Shown: piece after piece, positions 61,301 to 64,000 of the stretch
Layout: each line of letters begins with the position of its first letter
How positions within the stretch are numbered: the first letter of the stretch is position 1
Origin: a virus
Taxonomy: Duplodnaviria; Caudoviricetes
Strand: one strand, 5' to 3'
Length of the DNA: 64,000 bases
IMG/VR virus record: IMGVR_UViG_3300028588_000001
Coordinates: 15,800 to 79,799 of that record
Translations under genes and position numbers: made by a program
The notes under the pieces: model-generated
What the model was told of the DNA's origin: nothing
What the model saw: the letters and a program-made list of their open reading frames with translations, nothing else
Databases searched by the model: none

Positions 61301-64000
61301 CCGCGATCGACCGCGCCAAGGCGCGCCACGAGGACATGAGCAACGCCTTGCGCATTGCCCTGGCCGGCCACGAGAACGGCTCGATCAAGCTCGAAGCCGG
61401 CGGCGTGTTGGAGCAGGTCATCGAGCGCGAGACCCCGGAAGGCGCGTACGAGCTGACCAAGCGCGCGCTGACGCCGGCGGCGCCGTGGTCGGACGCCCTG
61501 TACATGAATGGGGATGGCAAGTGGTACACCGTCGAGGCCAAGCTCGACAACGACGGCAAGCCGGTCAAGCAGGTCAAGGACGGCAAGCCGACCAAGCTGA
61601 ACGTCTACGAGCGGAAGGTGTTCGACACCGATGCCGACATTCCGGCATCGATGCTGCTGGGCCAGTCCCGCTACGACCGCCTCAAGGAACTGGTCAAGAT
61701 GCGCGACCTGCTGAAAGAGCAGTTGGCGATGGAGGCGGAAAATCATAACGCTTCGCTGATCGAGGCAAACCGCGCCGAAATGCGCAGCGCCTATGACGCG
61801 TTCGTGAAGAAACACGGGCTGATCTCCGAGCCGGCTAATTCCGGCCTCGTGAACGGCATGCCCGACGGCGCCCTGGTGCAAGCGCTGGAATTCGGCTACC
61901 GGCCGGCCATCACGGCCGCCCAGGCCGCGCGCAGCGGCGAGAAGGTGCGCGCGGCCTCGGCCACGCCGGCGCCGATCCTGTCCGAACGCGTCATCTTCCA
62001 GTACAAGCCGGCCGAGTCGGCCGATTCGCTGGCCGACGCGATCTCGATCAACCGCGCCGAGAGTGGCACCGTCGATATCGACCGCATTGCATCGCTCCTG
62101 GGCAAGACCGTCGAGCAGGTCGAGCAGGAGATCGAGGCGGCCGAGCACCCGCTGCTGTTCAAAGACCCGGAGACCCAGCGCTGGGAATCGCGCAACGATT
62201 ACCTGACCGGCCACGTCAAGCGCAAGCTGCAAGCGGCGCAGGCGGCGCGCATGTCGAAGAACGTCGAAGCCCTGCAGGCGGTGCAGCCGGAGCCATGGGG
62301 CGCCGAGAACGTCACCGCGTTGCTTGGTTCCTCGTGGATTCCGCCATTCGTCTATGGCGACTTCGTGGAGCACATCGCCGGCGTGCCGGCGCGCGTGGGC
62401 TACTCGGCGCTGACCAACTCCTACAACATCAACGTCGGCAGCTCGGTCAAAGCCGACCGTGAAAGCGAGTGGGCAACGCCCGGCTATTCGTCCGTCGCGT
62501 TGATCTCGGACATCCTGAACAATCACCAGATCAAGGTGACGTACCGCGACATGGACGGCAAAACCCACGTCGACGGCGAGAAAACCGCGCTGGCACTGCT
62601 CAAGGCCAAGGCGATCAATGCCGAGTGGGCCGATTGGGTCTACAAGGACGGCGAGCGCCGTGGCAAGCTGGTCGAGATCTTCAACGAGAAGTTCAACACC
62701 CGCGTGATGCGTCAGCACGACGGCTCGCACCTGATCCTGCCGGGCAAAGTGCCGGACGAGATCATTGGCATGCGCCGGCACCAGAAGAATGCGATCTGGC
62801 GCGGGGTCTCCGAGCGCTTCATGCTGGCCGACCACGCCGTCGGCGCCGGCAAGACCTTCACGGCGATCGCGCGCGCGATGGAGCGCCGGCGCATGGGCTT
62901 GTCCAAGAAGCCGGCCATCATCGTGCCGAACCACATGGTCGACCAGTTCACGGCCGACGTGTACCGCCTCTATCCGGCCGCCAAGGTCCTGGCCGCCGGC
63001 AAAAAGGACTTCGAGAAGAGCCGCCGCCGCAAGCTGTTCGCCAAGATCGCCACCGGCGATTGGGACATCGTGATCATCCCGCATTCGTCGTTCGGCTTCA
63101 TCGACATCGCACCCGAGACCGAAGAGCGCTACCTGCAAATGGAACTGGATTCCGCACTGGAAGCGGTGAAGGATGCCGAGGAAGAGGCAGAGGCCAACGG
63201 CGACGGCGGCGGCTTCCGCAAACCGTTCGGCGTCAAGGAGGCTGAGCGTCTGGTCGAGAAGATCACGCAGCGCATGGACAAGGTGCGCGGCAACAAGAAC
63301 CGCGATCGCCTGCTGACGTTCGAGCAGCTGGGAATCGACGACATGACCGTAGACGAGGCACACGAATTTAAAAACCTCTTCTACAGCTCGCGCCTGACCG
63401 GCGTGAAGGGCATGGGCAATAAAACGGGCTCGCAAAAGGCCTTCGACCTGTACAACAAGGTGCGCGTCCTGGCCGAATCGCCGACCGGATCTGTTCTGTT
63501 CATGACCGGCACGCCGATCTCGAACAGTGCCGTCGAGATGTACACGATGATGCGGTACCTGGCCGCCGGCGAACTGGCAGATCTGGGCCTGGAACACTTC
63601 GACGCATGGCGCGCGCAGTACGTGAGCACCGACCCGGGCTGGGAGCCGACCGAAACCGGCCGCCTCAAGGAAGTCAACCGCCTCGGCCGTACGTGGTCGA
63701 ACATGCGCAGCCTCATGGAGCTGTACTACAGCTTCACCGATGCGGTCGACAACGACGACATCAAGAAGGCCTACGCCGAGGACAACGACGGCGCCGCCTT
63801 CCCGATCCCGCGCGTCACCGGCGGCGACCGCCAGTCTGTCGTAATCGCGCCGACCAAGGCGCAGGTCGCGCTGCTGGAGGACGTGCTGCAAGGCTTCGAC
63901 AACCTGCCGAGCATCAAGGACCCGTTCGACCGCAACAAAACGCGCTTGCGCCTCATGGACCGTGCGCGCAAGGTCTCGCTCGACGTGCGCGCGGCCGAGT
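58339..64000 (+). CDS. darB: DarB-like protein (N6-adenine methyltransferase plus SNF2/SF2 helicase), 3' end outside the window
   Basis: Start TTG 58339 (GGAG RBS) or ATG 58357. Frame checked at the start, 59701-60300 and the window end. Motifs ARYVGWGGL, LESSMGIGNF, IGNPPF (60676-60687), DHAVGAGKT, VDEAHEFKN, TGTP. Missing from the ORF track because it has no stop. Confidence 0.92.
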   Translation, partial: MSFNSCMVGLGLNGKIPAGELREVAKQYEQDGMAPEQALQRAVEDKLQLLQMEERRIVAAVRTAWEAQGGTKRARKLAQVQNEPAPAAPAGEGTKAPKVKEDPLRALNHGRDDWIPKGDLKTYTATEAKTVWDTSSPGFKRVMMGRIERAGDDPMVGKKWDELTPIERKLAHGALNEDHYSGSWYTNKKGARVDRFRMEAASSEAALAEQKRTADAQAMQEAGERWAAVPYENRKRMLYDLGYNDQDATGAAASPFASFKAELRDQLAPQLAQAAAPVPAAQVEQPAKKAKKGSSAPGEATLRQDWGVDVIDGYASTDEHTADTNRDSPAGGVKDAFLKDSQRYLKDVVGLLLDAGWTNAAQRDGKAMKPVSVNESGDATSGTVSMTMLNDKAGRGIYVQIGDLNIAPKTRAGISLMMRVTDKGDPYVGRENMFMEPTLTSRELADKIIAAVDRVTSTGKPAKLATNVWTDQRNGSSNTGSAGAQALGDLAPATDGRAESGEGVHGSDGSSGLASAQGTATPDAPGREGARGAGSGVAEVHPADTGTAGRGRLGGKRAGREGAPVSGHDAGPRVADIAPAVPPAPQIPAVNFRITEDVRLGQGGEVEKFNDNLAAIRTLQAIERENRRATPEEQAMIARYVGWGGLANAFPNPETGEFKDAWKKRGAELAELLTPKEYALARRSTLDSHYTSQTVVDSMWGAVKHLGVKGGLFLESSMGIGNFLGRMPFDIAGNSKFIGVEYDSLTARMAALLYPAETVLNSGFQSVPLSDGAFDLAIGNPPFGEQSLRFQFKPELNGHSIHNQFFIASLDALRPGGVLVQVVSRYLMDKQDKSSRIALAKRAKLLGAIRLPDTAFKENARTEVVTDIVFLQRLSPAEQTEMEDAFAAAATKPGRDREKENERQRLAALVPKWVETLSVNDPLGGEKMPVNHYFATNPGMIMGTLERSGSMKHGADITVRLDKGADLGKMLADAIAKLPQGVAEQDQTAIDRAKARHEDMSNALRIALAGHENGSIKLEAGGVLEQVIERETPEGAYELTKRALTPAAPWSDALYMNGDGKWYTVEAKLDNDGKPVKQVKDGKPTKLNVYERKVFDTDADIPASMLLGQSRYDRLKELVKMRDLLKEQLAMEAENHNASLIEANRAEMRSAYDAFVKKHGLISEPANSGLVNGMPDGALVQALEFGYRPAITAAQAARSGEKVRAASATPAPILSERVIFQYKPAESADSLADAISINRAESGTVDIDRIASLLGKTVEQVEQEIEAAEHPLLFKDPETQRWESRNDYLTGHVKRKLQAAQAARMSKNVEALQAVQPEPWGAENVTALLGSSWIPPFVYGDFVEHIAGVPARVGYSALTNSYNINVGSSVKADRESEWATPGYSSVALISDILNNHQIKVTYRDMDGKTHVDGEKTALALLKAKAINAEWADWVYKDGERRGKLVEIFNEKFNTRVMRQHDGSHLILPGKVPDEIIGMRRHQKNAIWRGVSERFMLADHAVGAGKTFTAIARAMERRRMGLSKKPAIIVPNHMVDQFTADVYRLYPAAKVLAAGKKDFEKSRRRKLFAKIATGDWDIVIIPHSSFGFIDIAPETEERYLQMELDSALEAVKDAEEEAEANGDGGGFRKPFGVKEAERLVEKITQRMDKVRGNKNRDRLLTFEQLGIDDMTVDEAHEFKNLFYSSRLTGVKGMGNKTGSQKAFDLYNKVRVLAESPTGSVLFMTGTPISNSAVEMYTMMRYLAAGELADLGLEHFDAWRAQYVSTDPGWEPTETGRLKEVNRLGRTWSNMRSLMELYYSFTDAVDNDDIKKAYAEDNDGAAFPIPRVTGGDRQSVVIAPTKAQVALLEDVLQGFDNLPSIKDPFDRNKTRLRLMDRARKVSLDVRAAE
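59759..60061 (+). CDS. Overprinted TnpV-like small protein nested in the DarB linker (+1 frame)
   Basis: MDRATLAAQARKHWETWLPQRTAELKAA...EHEALEVVLPKFILLTPEP. Host-like codons in this frame while the DarB frame becomes Gly/Arg/Ser-rich. Frame is open from 59729. Confidence 0.75.
   Translation: MDRATLAAQARKHWETWLPQRTAELKAAREFTEATEAAASLALKELQHLMRQGAKEHEALEVVLPKFILLTPEPPDEDDWEANELAEKERQYQDMMQGHE

Larger units (their letters stand above)
1..64000. mobile_element. Temperate podovirus-like phage/prophage (Bcep22-like or N4-gp56 capsid type), both ends outside the window
   Basis: Contiguous repressor, replication, terminase, portal, capsid, tail, lysis and ejection modules. No host housekeeping genes, integrase or att site seen. 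Confidence 0.95.

Overview
The whole window is the interior of one GC-rich temperate podovirus-type phage or prophage. Both ends are truncated and no integrase or att site is visible. The head and tail genes resemble N4-gp56-capsid, Bcep22-like phages, and a betaproteobacterial host (probably Oxalobacteraceae) is inferred. Left to right: (1) a partial PD-(D/E)XK exonuclease, an AT-rich control region with a LexA box, and a CI-like repressor that lacks a peptidase domain; (2) a rightward early/replication operon (NinB, DUF1364 nuclease, initiator, Q-like regulator, lipoprotein); (3) a ~9.4 kb leftward accessory cassette headed by a TGT/DpdA-like gene and containing a YkgJ-type protein, several Cys-rich proteins and a SprT protease; (4) tRNA-Gln(UUG) followed by ~590 nt of highly structured non-coding sequence that contains a complete type I hammerhead ribozyme core; (5) terminase, portal, scaffold, capsid, tail and lysis genes; (6) an ejection-protein module led by a cupin-SET fusion, with a 2052-aa polyvalent protein (InPase-like and C5-methyltransferase-like domains), a second low-GC receptor-binding module, and a DarB-like N6-methyltransferase/SNF2 helicase that runs off the window and carries an overprinted TnpV-like gene in its linker. 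All protein family calls come from motif recognition by eye, not from database searches.
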